Shown here in pieces: positions 36,901-50,539 of a DNA stretch of 64,000 nucleotides (its first letter is position 1; each line of letters opens with the position of its first letter). Under the pieces are notes generated by a model. The model saw only the letters and a program-made list of their open reading frames with translations, was not told where the DNA came from and did no database searches. Source of the DNA: Lingula anatina (Eukaryota; Animalia; Brachiopoda); contig CM120640.1 of assembly GCA_051362555.1 (NCBI GenBank), positions 67,744,788 through 67,808,787 on the forward strand, read 5' to 3'. A program made the translations under genes and the position numbers.

Positions 36901-37958
36901 GAGATTATATCTGGGACCCACTGTGTGAATCACATATCTGGCAGGTAACTGGTGGCCTTTTGTGAGTTTAGCCTCGCCAGTTTTACATCCTGTCAAGGAA
37001 AAAGTTGACTGTATAAACTTCTTATGGTAAAGCATTCAAATCTAGGAATATGTCATTTTGGAGCACTTGTACAGGTAAACACTGATGCTTAAAGGTACCA
37101 TCCAAATTTCTGGGAACTTTCAGAACATCTTCATTACACATCTACACTTCTGAGTTTAGAACTCATTAAGTATAGAGCACAGGAAGTACTAGAACATTGT
37201 TGATGGCAGATGAATGGCAAAATCTAGTATTAAGTCCCTACAAGCATTCATATCTTTTGAAACTAAAAAAAGACATTTTTTACCTTATAACAAATGCTGC
37301 TATAATAAAGAGAACAAGTACTATATACATTATAATACTACAAACAAGACAACAATGACACAATGCATCAGCCTACCTCTCAAATGTTTCACTTCCTGCC
37401 TGAGTTCTGGCCCACCTATCTCATACATTAAATCACTGAGTGGATTCCTGTCATTCATAGCTTCGTTGGTTGGATGTGCCATAGCTGTAACACCGAGACG
37501 TGTCACATCACCTGGCCTGGAAAGATACCACAGTCACAGACATTAATTATCAATGCACACATATCTTTTTTTAGCTTTATTTGAGAGATATTAGAAAGCA
37601 AATTAAAATTTATAACCGAAATGAGGTTACATACATGTGTACAAGGTCGTTTCCTAAAGTTGAGATTTGTCCAATGCATTTCTTATGATCACATTATGAC
37701 AACATTTTCTCACTAAAAAAATATAAAACGACAAGAATTATGCATTATGTTTTGTCCTACAAAAAACATTTCTTACCACAGCACCACTTTGGCATTAATA
37801 TCTTCTCTATATGGAAATGGCACAGTCTGAGTAGAATTATCTATTACTTCTTCATAGGCTGGTACCTCTGTCTTGTTCCACCTTGTTAAGGTGTCGATAT
37901 CCACCACATGAGGGCGTAAGCCTAGTGGATCTTTATAAATGGCATAAGGATCTACCAT
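30924..37958 (-). CDS. GDAP2: Ganglioside-induced differentiation-associated protein 2 (macro domain plus CRAL-TRIO/Sec14 domain), 12 or more coding exons
   Basis: Approximate exons 37958-37776 (DPLG..VDIDTL..PFPYREDINAKVVLW), 37516-37376, 36989-36837 (GCKTGEAKLTKGHQLPARYVIHTVGPRY), 36667-36578, 36310-36234, 35264-35100 (LLPLYFPRS..GEPVIPERQIRI), 33247-33058, 32599-32447, 32119-31980, 31697-31643, 31367-31224 and 30980-30924. Matches recalled human GDAP2. Confidence 0.95.
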
Positions 37959-39074
37959 TTTGGATGTGGTACCTGTACTAACGGTAGAGCGACGTGGCAG
38001 TTTAGTGGCTAACTGAGGGTTAGGGTCAGATGTGTTGTTGACACCCTCGTTTGGCTGAAGTAAGTACAAAAATAAATTAGGGGCAATCTGTTTTGAATCA
38101 TCTGTGTTCTTATAGAACTCTTGAGATTCTGCAAAAAAAAAAAAAAAAGAAAAGTAGAAGCAAGCACACAGTACAGCATCCTTAAGTCACACATATGTAA
38201 TAGCATTTTGCCATTAAAACTTCGACTTATCAGATTCTTACAAAGGTGTACTAAAAACAATCTTTATATTTATATAAACATTTTGATTATGGATTTAGTC
38301 AAGCAAGATATCAAATAAGATTTAATAAGGATAAAATCACACACACATAGAATTTTACAAAGTAAACTATGTGTCCAAAAAGTATATCTGTTTTGTAAGT
38401 ATAAAATAATGAACTCAAATAACAAATGCTGCATGTGTACAACGTAAACTGAGATGGTACATATTAATAAGTGACTTGAGAGACACTTGAAAAAACTACA
38501 GAGGTTAGTTAATTCAATTGCCAGGTGGTTGAGAAACGAAAGATAAAAAGGCATTAAAACAATGGACAAAGCAGTAAATATCACAGTGTTCTGGTGAAGA
38601 TGGCATGTTAATTAATAAAAAACTAAAACCCAGACAGTTACAGGGTGTGCAAAAAGTGGTACACAACTGGGTAAGCACACTTGTTTACCAGTGTTCAATT
38701 TTGTATTGCCTAGATCTTGTTGTGGCCTTGTAACTTTGATCCAAGTTGTGTATATGTAGCAATTACTTCTGTAAACATTAAAGAAGTTTTGATAACAGTG
38801 AAAAGGGGAAAGAAAAAAGATAATATAAAAAATTAACAGGGCATTAAACAGCAACAGTTAGTGTAATATAGCTTATAAATAGATATACAATCAATGGGCT
38901 CATGCCATACATATGTCATCACTAATACAATGAAGTGTCGAGACGGAGTTTGGTCCTGAAGTAGAGGGATTATTATAACAGTCTGTCGCTAATTACGGCT
39001 TGTAACTAAAGTCAAGAGACTGTTTCCAAATCGGTTATGTATATATTTCACATCTTACTGGATATTAAAACTCA

Positions 39075-39427
39075 CCCTGTCGTCTCGACTTTTCATGTTT
39101 GGTAAATATCCTGACCGCTGTCTCATTTTTTAACACCCTGTATCCTTATCTGGGTCATCCCCAAATGTCATGTGATCAACAGTGCTTATATCATCTAAAA
39201 TAAAATACACATGACTTTTTTTACGATGAATTCTTTAGTATTTTCATTGTTATTCAATTTTATATTCAAACGGTCACATTTTTGAAGCTATCTCAAATGA
39301 TGCATATGATAACAAAAATCCCTTTTTAGCATGTTGTGAGCGATTAACTATATCGGTGGATAGTTTTCTCTCTTGTCGTGAAATATCCAGTCGTGAGTTT
39401 CGGTTGTGACTGAATATACAAATAGCA
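39075..39427. promoter_or_regulatory. Putative bidirectional promoter of GDAP2/DCAF6, including a GDAP2 5' exon
   Basis: Minus-strand donor AGG|GTGAG at ~39075, E-box GTCATGTGAT at ~39167, and the DCAF6 ATG at 39428; the genes diverge within ~350 bp. Confidence 0.55.
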
Positions 39428-42400
39428 ATGGCTGCAAAAGGCAACATATTTAAAGAACAGAACAAAGTGCAATATGGATGGAAGTCTCTTAGGTCACTTT
39501 CTGCAGATATAAGTAGTAAGTCCCTTCACTGTTCAAATAGTGTTGCAGATAAATTTTCGGCATCGCTCGTTCTGCCGACGAAACCAGACGAAACTAGTAC
39601 AAGCACGCGGAGTTAAAGGGATAACAACTCTTTACTTTGTCGGGAAAAGAGCCATAACACGGATTTTCCTGGGGTAAACTACGATTTTCCAATGCACACC
39701 AATGATTAATGAATCCTTGCGACATTCAAAGTTAGTTGTTTAAGTTTTTAATGTCTTTGTAAACCGCCTTTTAAAGGGAATATCTATTACGGAGGGCAGG
39801 CATCTATCGCCCGCCATCTATAAAGGCGCACGCGGTCGGATGGCAAGAACAGATTTCAGAATAATTACAATTGCCGCCGTTTTGGTGGTAAAATGATATT
39901 CATTTACATTATACTTGTAACTTGTATGAAGAGTTGTTATCCCTGTAAATATTTGAGATTTGAAAGATTTGTAATCCCTTTGCAAAATTGAAAGCTTACA
40001 GCAGGAGTTCGCAAGAAAAATGTTATTGCTGCTAATTTGCAGCATTTTTGCAGCAGGCCAGATATTTTGCTAAGGGATATCATATTTGTAGTCCATATTT
40101 GGATGAAACTTCGACAAAACTGTTGTAGCTCATCAAATACCATGAGACTATTACAGATAGGTAGAATTTCTTATTTTTTAAAATGGTTAATTTGATTTAT
40201 TTCATCGAATCTGTGATACTGTTTCAAAAATGTGTTGCATTTGTGAAGTTGACTTGCAAATGACTTCATTCTGGTTTCTTTTTTCTCTTTGAAACTTGTA
40301 GTATCAAATATCCAAAATGTCACTATTTAAAATGACATAATTTATTTCTAGATAGAAGGTAAAGAGCACTACTTTAGTCTACATCTTTAAAAACATTTGA
40401 CTTAAAAGTCTTAGTCAAGTGTGCCAGAGCTTGGGACTACAGTGGCTCAAAATGAAAATGCACTTGCTATTAATAGATTAATTGGATACCCCATGTTCTT
40501 CTAATTAAAGATAATGAAGACTTTGTACAGAAACTGAAATTGGACACCAAGTTGACAGTGCATGACGGCTGTGTAAGTATACCTATCAGAATTTCTTATA
40601 TGAGCATCACCTTTCCACTCTGCTTTGGAAAAGAAGAGACAAAGCTCCTAAAAAGTTTAAATATTTTCTTCATATGCATAACTCTGTATCCAATTTAATT
40701 GTCAGTTTCAAACTTCCTGAGCAAATACTTTATAATTATCAATATGTTAAGATGTTCAAAATTAGTTCTATTAAATAGCTTGAAGTCTTTCTATTGTTTT
40801 TCTTTTTTTTCAGGTGAACACTATTTGTTGGAATGACACTGGCCAATATATTTTATCTGGATCAGATGACCAGTTTCTCAGCATTACTGATCCTTTTTCG
40901 AAGAAAGTTTGTATTTTCTGCTTTTCTATTACTTTTATACATATTTTTTCTAAATATATTTAATCATTTTAAAAATTTCCTCATCATATAAATGGCTATG
41001 AAGATGAGAAAACTGTTGGTTGTTTACTTTTAAGTTTATCTTGATTATTGCTATATGCTTCTCATTTAAATGATTTTTGTCCATGTAAAGTTTACATTTG
41101 ATACTTTTACATTTGATTCAGAGGCTGACATCAGTTAGATCTGGACATAGATCAAATATTTTCAGTGCCAAGTTTATGCCTCAGTCAAGTGATGCAAAGG
41201 TAAATACCAATTTTATTTGTCATGTATATATGAGAGATACATGCTTTTTGTTTATCAGTCACTGAAGCATTATTGTGGAATCCACTAATCCTGGCAAATG
41301 ATGAAATTACCCAAACTTATTGAAGAACAGTTATCAGAATCATTTCCTATTACAGATTGTTTCATGCTCAGGAGATGGTGTGATATTTTATACAGATATA
41401 TTAAGGGAAGATTCTTGGGGATCCAATTCTTTTAACTGCCATTTTGGAACTACATATGAGGTGAGTAATAGTGTATGAATGCGAGAAAATCAAGGAAGCA
41501 TTTACAAGGTAAAGCCTCGGTTGCAACCGGCCGTACGGGTTCTTACGGGCTGTTTGCATCCAAGTTTTGCTCTTCCTACGCAAGTCCTTCTTATGAAATT
41601 TCGAGTTCGCAGACAGCCCGTAAGCACGTGCGAAGGATGTTGGACATGTCCAAAACATTCTAAGAATAGCCTGCAAACAGCAAGGCCGCAAGCGTAACTT
41701 GCTCCCCTCGCCCGGAGTTAGCAAGAGAGAAGCGAGTTGTGCAAGACGCACGTCGCAAGCTATGAAGGAACAAGTGCCCTTTGCATGTTGAGTAAGGCGC
41801 ACGCCCTCACAACTAACGAACAAAGTCGAGGGCACACCGGGAATGCGTCGCATGTGCATCACCCCCACGCCTGGTGTATAAAAGGCTTGCTCACGACACA
41901 CGCTCATGTCTTTACAATGAACGCCGACTGTGTAACGTGTACAACAATTTTCAAAATTTTCAAATTTTTGCTCAATTTAGTTTCTAATATGCCTCCAAAA
42001 GGCAAGAAAGAAGCTTACAAAGTAGTGAAAAGGGAGGAAGAAGAAGAAAGAAGAGGATTCCAGGAAGCAAAACTGACTTACGCCATCAGTACGTCACCAC
42101 AAACGTGTGAGGCAAGTGTGAAGCAAAACTGACACAAAGGACACTACTTTCACCGTGCGTTGCATTCCTTTCGTAAGCGGTGAGTGTGTGCCACGTACAC
42201 AGGAAGCAAGACAAATTCAAGAAATGAGTACAATTTCCACGGCCATCGCTCCTTGCAATTAGCGTCCCTGCTTGAAAGGACATCTCATGTGGCCCTTGGG
42301 ACTCGCAAGGCAGACTTTCCTCTACCTCTATGAACTCCACGGTCTCCGCAACACCCAAAAATCACAGGGGACATACGATCCTGAAATTTGTGCGTCCGGT

Positions 42401-45400
42401 TGTGACCAAGGCTTAACTAATGTTTTTGCTTATGTTTTTATGAGCTTTTACCTGTGTATACGGAGAGCAAAGCATCTCATGCAGTGTGTTGATAAGAAAT
42501 ATGTCAGTTTTGCTATAAAGCTATGGTGTGCAAAACTATTCTAGAGAAAATGATATCTCTTAAAACCACTAGAGAGTGGTAAAATTTAATGTGATAGAAT
42601 AAGACGAGCCTGTGACATTCTTTATTTTGAAATCCATCTTCTCAATGAATATTAAATGCTTAGTCTTTCTATATTTTTCTAAAAGCTCCTCACTCTGCCC
42701 AACGACCCGCACACTTTTCTATCGTGTGGAGAAGACGGGGCAGTGCGCTGGTTTGACCTCAGGTTGAAGACATCATGTAGGAAGGAGAGCTGTAAAGAGG
42801 TAAGCATTGATTTGATGTTTTATTTTTTTTTCCTTTTGTATATTTAAAGTTATGGTTTTAGATGAAATGTGTGACAAATTGGTATTTTTATTAAAAGACT
42901 TATATATGAATTTATCATTTGACTTTCAGAGTCTCTAAATATTGGATACTTCAATTTACCATAGATTCTCATAGTAAGGCACACTTGATTTTCAAAAAAA
43001 AAAAAAAAAAAGATTGTGTGAACATTTCAGTTCAGTCTCACTTCTAGGATATTAAGACATTATGTGTATAGTCATCTGTTCTGTTATCTATTCTTTAGGA
43101 TATCCTGATCCACAATAAAAGAGCTGTGAGTGCCTTGGCTGTGGACCCTGTTGTTCCATATCACTTAGCAGTGGGCTGTGCCGACAGCACAGTGAAGATA
43201 TTTGACAGAAGAATGCTGGGTACCAGGCTTACCAGTAAGATAGAGATTTAGACTTATTTTGTCTGTTGTTTTATCACTTGTGTCAACTCTTGGTAAATGG
43301 CATTAAATGTGCATCAAATTATTGAGATATTGTACTTACATACAGAATTAAAAGCAAATAAAAAAGTGTGCTTTTTTGTAGATTTATCATTGATTTTTTT
43401 TTTTTTTTTTTTTTGAAATGAGGATTAATGCTTGTGTCAGTCAAAGGTTTGCAAACTATTTAGTCTTCATAGAACGTTTTTAAACATTAAACTCACAGGT
43501 AGGTTTGAGAGATTCACCTTTTCACAGATAATGACACGTGCGGAAAACCCATTTTTGTTGGTCATGGATTCCTGCATTTTTCTGGTAATGCATGCACAGT
43601 TAACTCATTGCATTCACATTTCCACAGATAATGATGCACATGCAATACTGGAAATGGCCAGGAACCCACAACCAGCAGAAATAGGTTAACTGCACATGCG
43701 AGTCATTAACTGTGGAAAGTTTCTCAAGTGAGGGTTTATAAATCCTAACAAAAAGTAGCCCATCAGTTTAAGCCTTTATGATGGACTTTTCCAGATAGTT
43801 ATCATGGCAAAGGAATCAAGGGGTTGATGTCCTGCTTTTGTCCATTGTCTTCTGAGGGTAGAACCCACCGGATCACATCATTACAGTACAGTGTAGATGG
43901 GAGAGAGGTGCTGGCCAGCTACTCCTCTGAATACCTCTATCTTTTTGATGTGAAGGTATATCTAAAACAGTTTTCCTTCAGTATGGAATGTTTTAATGGT
44001 TATAGTATAATCAGGGGACAATCAATAGCCACCAGTACTTTGATTGTGACTCATTGGAGGTGTCTTTTTTTTTTTTTGTAAAATGTTTGGAATTTTTACA
44101 TAGATGAATGGCTATGGCTTTTTCTCCATGTAAATGTCTATTTGCCTCTATCTTGGAAATTGTCTTGTCATGCAGGAAGAAGCCAAAGAAGAGAAAACAT
44201 TTCACTTAGGAAGCTCTTTGAAGGAAGAAGCAACTTCAGAACCACCCGAGCCAAATTATGCAGCAGCAGGAACAGCATCAGGGACAGCATCAGAATTAAG
44301 AGCCATACCTGAAAATGATACAGCTTCGTCTAGCAATGTGAGTAATTTTTGCCAAGAGAATATCTCTATAAAGTGATATGCTCTGTTTTTGTTTTTATTT
44401 TTTAAGAGTCTGGTTTAAGTTACAAGTGAATGCAGTCTCCTGTATCTAGTTACAAAATTTACAGAGAGAAGCCCACTGAAGGTGTAGAAACAAATCCTCA
44501 AGGAAAGTGTGTACATAATCCCTTTCTTGAAATGATATTCTTGTTTATTCTCAGAGACATGCATTAGAAACAGAAGTATCTTTTTCAGAACAAATCCCCA
44601 GGGAGACCTGTGCCTCGGCAGCCTCCTGTTAAGAGGTTGAGATTACGTGGAGACTGGTCAGACACTGGTCCCCAGGCCAGACCAGAGAGGGAGAGAAATG
44701 AGACGGGTATATTTTCTTGCCTTGTTTAAATACTGTAATTTTGGATTCAGTGCATTATACATTCACCAAAATTTTGAAAAATAAATTTTACATAGATGAT
44801 AAATTAAGCTATGTAAACCTAAATTGAGAAAATCTTTGCTGAAAGCTTAGGAGAAAAATAAATATTTAAAAGGTAGTAACGAATTGGGCTTTCAATTTAA
44901 CACAGTAATTTTAATCATCCTGTGTGTCATATAACTACAGAGAGTCCTCATGTGACCATAATGCGCAGGATGTCAGACATGTTGGTGAGGTTGTTGGATC
45001 CCGCACAACGAGAGGCACAGGAAGGACAACAGCAAGCAGACGACACTTCTGGCGAGGGGGAACAGCCAACTGAAACCCAAGAAGTTACGCTGAATGAACA
45101 ACCAACAAGTTCTACTGGTGGAAGTGATGTCGCTGAAACCCAGGGTCAAGTCCAAAGTAGTGAAAATATTTGTGATGAGAGAAGTGCAATACAAGAGACG
45201 GATCTAGAACAGACACATTGTCCTCCCGCAGAGAGTCAGCATGAATCCCCATCTTGTCAGGGAGCTGTAGGTAATGGTTTTAATTTTCTGTTGTTATTCA
45301 CTCACAGTTTGTAGTTGAAAGGCATTGGCAAATAAATGATTATGGAAAGATATTTTCCTGCAGGATTTTTTGTTTGTTTGTTTGTTTCTTAAAGTGTTGA

Positions 45401-48400
45401 AAGAACTTTTTGGGAGATTTGGGGTGCTTTTCCTGTTCCTGTTAATCTCAGCTTGTTTCTGTAGTTTTCTAAGCCAAAACTACACTATTGGTTAAGAAAA
45501 TGCTACATTTGAAAAGGAATATTCAGTATTCCAAAAATCTTACAAACAGTCCAATGCAATAAAAAGTATAAGTTCTTTATGATTACAATGACTTTAAGAA
45601 ATTAAACTCTCACTATAATATAATTTTTTAATAGGTGGTGCTGATCCAGAAGAGAGTGATGTAAACATCTCAGAAACACCTGCAGCAACTTCCTCTGAAT
45701 CTCAAAGGGCAATGATAGAAAAAATCGACAGAATGCAAAGTGAGATAACCTTTTTAAAACAGACCCTTAAAGACCGACAGGAAAACCCTGTGGTCAGTTT
45801 ACATTATAGTGCAGAAGGGGTGGACTCTGGAAGAGTGGAAATGAATTTCTCCCTTCCACAGTCGAGATCAGACAATGAAGACTCGGGCCAGGGCCATAGT
45901 GCAATCAGTGAGCAATCTCAGCAGCAAGCACCTGGGGTTTTCCCAGTTGAAGGAAATGGACACTTGGTGGGGGTGAGAGTTCATACAGACAGGCAGGAGT
46001 CAAGAGAGCATGAAAGTCAGGGTGATGGAGGTGCTGGTGCTGTACGTACTCAGACAGACACAATGACTCTCTTAGATGAGCAGGCAGCTGACTTAGCCAA
46101 GGCAAAGAAAATGCTGTTGGAAAGGGATACAAAGGGTCAGACTGTAAGTGAAATTGTGGAAAATAGCACTGAAAGTTTAAGGCTAAGTAACAATACTGGG
46201 GACACCTGTTCTTCAACAAGTACAGGTGAAGCCAGTGTGCCTGCTTGTGCATGTGATAAAATTACTGACTCAAATACGCTAGAGAGTTTGTCTTCTTCAT
46301 CAGACACTACAAAAACAGAACACACTTTTGACAGTTCAATTACAAGTGCACAAACCATGCCTGGCGAAACTTATGGCCTGGAGCTGAAATGTGACGATCA
46401 GGTGCTGCCATCTGTGAATGTAAGCAGTGAAAGCCAGAACCATGCAGCCACAGCAGCAGGCTCCTCGAGTCAGACAGAAGGTCCAGGTAGTACTGCTGGG
46501 CATTCTGGTCAGTCAGAGAATTCAGATACTCCATCCAGTAAACAAGAGAATTCAGACACCATGTCCAGTCAGCCAGAAAAATTGGTCTCTTCATCAAGTC
46601 AACAAGAGAGTTCAAGTACTACATCCAGTCAGCCAGAGAATCCAGAGACTGTATCTGGTCAGCAAGAATCCCAAGGTGAGGCCATTGCCATTAAGAGCAG
46701 AGTAAAGATCTTTTACATTAGTTTTGAATTTAGAGGCAAAAGAGGTATCTGAACTTGTGAACATTCATTTGTACTTAAAGCTGAATAGTCAAAATTTGAT
46801 GTATATTTGTGGGATATGGGTTATGGAACTCGCTGGTTGTGGTTAAAGAAAAATATAGTATGGTTTGTCTCTCCTTATAGGCAGTACCTCCCAAGTCCAG
46901 GAAACCAGCTCTTCCAGTGCCAGTGGTGGTGGTAGACGTGGCTTCCAGCTGTTCAGTGACATGTCCAGTGAGGAGGAGGAAGAGGACACCAGTAGCAGTG
47001 AGGATGAGGACTTGCATGCCATTATGAGATTACGCAGTGAGGCAAGAAGACTGCAGAGAAGGTATGGGCAGTCAAAGATTTTTTTTTTTTTTCAAAATTT
47101 GGGACATTTGAAAAAAATTAATTCAAAATACAAATTTGCATTTATATGCCAATCATTTGTTTTTATTGGTTTATTGGTCAAGAGCAGTGTCTAAAAAAAT
47201 CGTGGAAGTTTTTTTTCACAGTGAGAAGATGATTGTAAAGCTAAAGTGGAATACGCAGAAAGAGGCACCAACGACCATTGAAGCAAGTTGCATGCAAACT
47301 TTCTTTTAGAAAATCAGTTCATGAACTACTTGAGTTGTTGTTGTTACTAAATAACTATATAATAATATATGCATTTAGAACCTCCAGTGATGCTCACCTG
47401 GAGAGAAATGTGGCAGCCATGAAGCTCCAGGAGGCGTTTAGGAAGAGACAGAAGGAGAAGGCAGAGAAAGCCGAGATGGCCAAGGTGTTCAACCCCCCAG
47501 TGAAGAGAGTTTACAAGGGACATAGGAACGCTAGAACTATGGTAAGTGGATGTCATGAGTTAAATTTGATGCCAAGTTGATAATGGGGACCGTGTGAAAA
47601 CTTACCCATGTTTGCTGTTCTGTATGTTTTTATGTCTGAGTAAGAAGTACTATGTGACTTTTGTATTGTACAGATCTATAAAGACAAAGACTGGGTTCCC
47701 ATACTTAGATCAATCCATCTGGATTGACCTAACTTCCTGGGGCTTTACGCTAAATCAGCTCAAGAGGCTTAAATGTCTGTCACGCCTACCGAATCAGTTA
47801 GGGGTAAAGATAATTACTCTCTAACAGTTTTACTAGGCGTGACAGACGTTTTAGCCAGTTAGTTTGATAGCACTTTAGTGAGACTCCCCATGGAGATAGA
47901 TCGATCCAAATATCTGTGGGAATGGTCCCAAAGAGTCAGTTATGTTCCTGAATGAAATTCCAGAATAAATATATGTTATGATATTATAACTGATAAAACT
48001 TGTCTTGGGGATGTCTGGCCCAAGAAAAATACACTACCTTTTGATCATGATTGGCTATATCATACAGCATTATACTTCATCATAGAAAAATACATCCATT
48101 TTGATATCAACTTTGATCACTAGTAATATAATGCATTAATTGTATTCTCCAGATAAAGGAAGCCACATTCTGGGGAGACAATCATGTGATGAGTGGATCA
48201 GACTGTGGGCATATCTTTATCTGGGACAGGCACACCACAGAGCTGGTCATGATGTTAGAAGCTGACAGACATGTGGTCAACTGCTTACAGCCCCACCCTT
48301 TTGATCCAAGTAAATAAATCTTGGGTTACATTTCTTATTTATCCTCTCTTATTTCAGTACTTCTTAATCTTATTTGTGCATTTTATTTCATATTTATACA

Positions 48401-49424
48401 CCGAGTGGCAGTGTAAGGGACTAAATATTTATATATTTTGCAATTACATCATTTTTAATCAGGTTTAATCAGTTAAGTTTTAGTCATTAAGTTAATTAAT
48501 TTATGATTGATTTTAGAGATGTAGAACATATGCACTCTTAGATATGCACATTTTGCATAAACAAACTAGTCTATTGCATGTGATAAATACTATTGCCATA
48601 ACTACATTAGGAAAATTTTGTTGTAGTATTGGCCAGCAGTGGCATTGACTATGACATCAAAATCTGGTACCCATCCAACACCCAGCCAGACTTCCACAAG
48701 GCTAAGGCTGAAGAGGTAAAATCATTTTATCTGTAAAATAAGTTTATGTTTGCTTTATTGGCTCAAATTGGTGAGTGAAACCTGTAAGCATCCTTTTCTT
48801 TTATACCCAGGTGCAACTTCTAATTCTTTGAATAGAATGTCTTGAATCATCAGCTTTGTACCATACCAATGAAAATAATTGAATCTAGTAATGTTATGGG
48901 ATGTTTTGTATCTGAATTCCATTGATATCAAAAGTTACATGACTAACTTTGTAACTGTAGGTTGTAGCAAGGAATGACATTATGCTTGAGGAGACCAGAG
49001 ACACAGTCACTGTGCCAGCTTCTTTTATGCTCAGAATGCTGGCTTCATTGAACCACATTAGACAAGGTTGGTACAGTACAATAGACAAACATACTGCAGT
49101 ACACTTAGTTTTACTGGTGACAAAGAATGTAGATTTTTGCTTTTGGTCAATATTTGTGATATTGAATATCAACTTAGCTGGAGTCTAGTCAGTCACATCT
49201 CAGTTTAGGACTCTTGTCAGTAACAGCTGTATTTAATAATTTTATGACTCTAATTCCTTTTGAAATGAGCCATGATATTCTTCCAGTGCTCACTTTTAAA
49301 GTTCACTTTACAGATATGGTTTATAACTTTTCATGTTCTCTGTATAATAGGGCGCCGCAATAGAAGAGAGAGGGAAAGTGGCAATGTGGAGGAAAGAAGG
49401 AATTCATCCAGTGAAGAAGACTAA
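39428..49424 (+). CDS. DCAF6: DDB1- and CUL4-associated factor 6 (WD40 plus IQ motif), ~18 exons
   Basis: Approximate exons 39428-39515, 40512-40572 (VHDGC), 40814-40907 ([19 protein letters not shown]), 41122-41199 ([12 protein letters not shown]), 41357-41460, 42686-42799 (FLSCGEDG), 43099-43234, 43795-43955, 44176-44337, 44589-44706 ([13 protein letters not shown]), 44941-45270 (MRRMSDML), 45635-46675, 46881-47061, 47379-47541 (IQ-like [12 protein letters not shown]; YKGHRNART), 48153-48309, 48627-48715, 48961-49066 ([16 protein letters not shown]) and 49351-49424. Confidence 0.95.
39617..39944. mobile_element. Kolobok-like MITE in DCAF6 intron 1
   Basis: TTAA|AGGGATAACAACTCTT ... AAGAGTTGTTATCCCT|GTAA: 16-bp TIR with a degenerate TTAA TSD. 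The same left end TTAAAGGGATAACAACT occurs at ~23916. Confidence 0.7.
41513..42413. mobile_element. Non-autonomous PIF/Harbinger DNA transposon (901 bp) in DCAF6 intron 5
   Basis: TAA|AGCCTCGGTTGCAACCGGCCGTAC ... GTGCGTCCGGTTGTGACCAAGGCT|TAA: TIRs and a TAA TSD. GC and CpG content is far above the flanks. Confidence 0.85.
43490..43738. mobile_element. Old palindromic MITE (imperfect hairpin) in a DCAF6 intron
   Basis: TTTCACAGATAATGAC...ACCCATTTTTGTTGGT pairs imperfectly with ACCAGCAGAAATAGGTT...GTCATTAACTGTGGAAAG. Confidence 0.55.
47692..47930. mobile_element. MITE copy 1 (same family as 58357-58580)
   Basis: GACCTAACTTCCTGGGG, TAGGCG(T/G)GACAGACG, TAGTGAGACTCCCCA and GATAGATCGATC are shared with the 58.4 kb copy; internal inverted symmetry. 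Confidence 0.7.
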
Positions 49425-50539
49425 GACAACCAGAATGTAGATGCTTGATGCAGGTTTGAACTAAATATACCTGTTGATATCATTTGGCTGCAGTATCCTC
49501 TAAAATTGTCCTGTCATGCTTTAGTTACAGGATGGATATATGCTCATGACTACTGCTTTTGTATTTTATTCATGAAATTGAATCATGACTAAAATTCATT
49601 TAATAGTATTACTTATGATATGAAGAAAACCCATTGTGGATTACATTATAACTGTTGAAGCAAATGTATATGGTTGTATTATTATTATTATTATTATTTG
49701 ATGCACATTTTTAAGTAGATATACATATTGACCTGGATGAGAAGACATTTATAAATCTTTGATATCTGTATCCAGTTGTAACAGGTTCACAATGAGAAAA
49801 CATTTTCTGTTGATTTGTGAATAAACTGAGAAAAATCAGTTTTTTAGATCCTTACTTAGTTTACTTCTTACATCAGGATACCAAAAAATATAAGGATCTG
49901 TACAATGAATATTTTTTCAGTGTGACCCTGGTAGCATTAGTTTTAAAAACCATTAATAAGTTAAGATGACTGATACCAAAATATCAGAAGTTTCAACGTT
50001 TTGTTTTTTGTGTGTGATTTTAGAATGATATATATATTTGAGGCCTGTCACATTTTGTTATGCATAATCTTTATGATAGGATTGTTTTTATTATTATTAT
50101 TTCTCAAAGGAGTGTTGAAATTTGTGGAAAATTGTTTAGATGTACTTTGAAATATGGGACTGTAAAACATTTTAGTTGCCATAAGATTAGTTTTGGAAGT
50201 CTTCTTTAAGCTTGTTGAAATTTAATCTCTTCCCATTTCTTCATTCTTTATTCAGTCACTTTTTCTTTTTGGTACAGTGATTTTTTTATTGCTTCACCGA
50301 TACCCTAGCTGCTGTTGGGGGGTAGGGAGACCTTCTCACAGGTTTCTTTTTCCTCTACTTCTCTAACTTTTCCACTCTGGCCTCTGCTTTAGGGATCCTC
50401 TTTGCATCATTGCCGTCACCTGCCAACTGATGTTTCATAATTTTCTACAACCTTCCAGCCTAATTTTGAACTGTCTGCTGGCTTAATGTAACAGGCCAGT
50501 AGCCCTGGGTTGATATTGCTTTATTATTATTATTATTCA

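Noticed and set aside
39075-39428. GDAP2/DCAF6 head-to-head pair as conserved microsynteny
   Set aside because: As recalled, human GDAP2 pairs with WDR3 and DCAF6 with MPC2, so there is no evidence of conserved adjacency.
41401-42544. Overlapping ORFs of up to 168 aa
   Set aside because: They arise from the GC-rich non-autonomous Harbinger; no DDE transposase motif is recognisable.
45905-47017. Antisense and alternative-frame ORFs over DCAF6 exons
   Set aside because: Shadow ORFs of low-complexity coding sequence.
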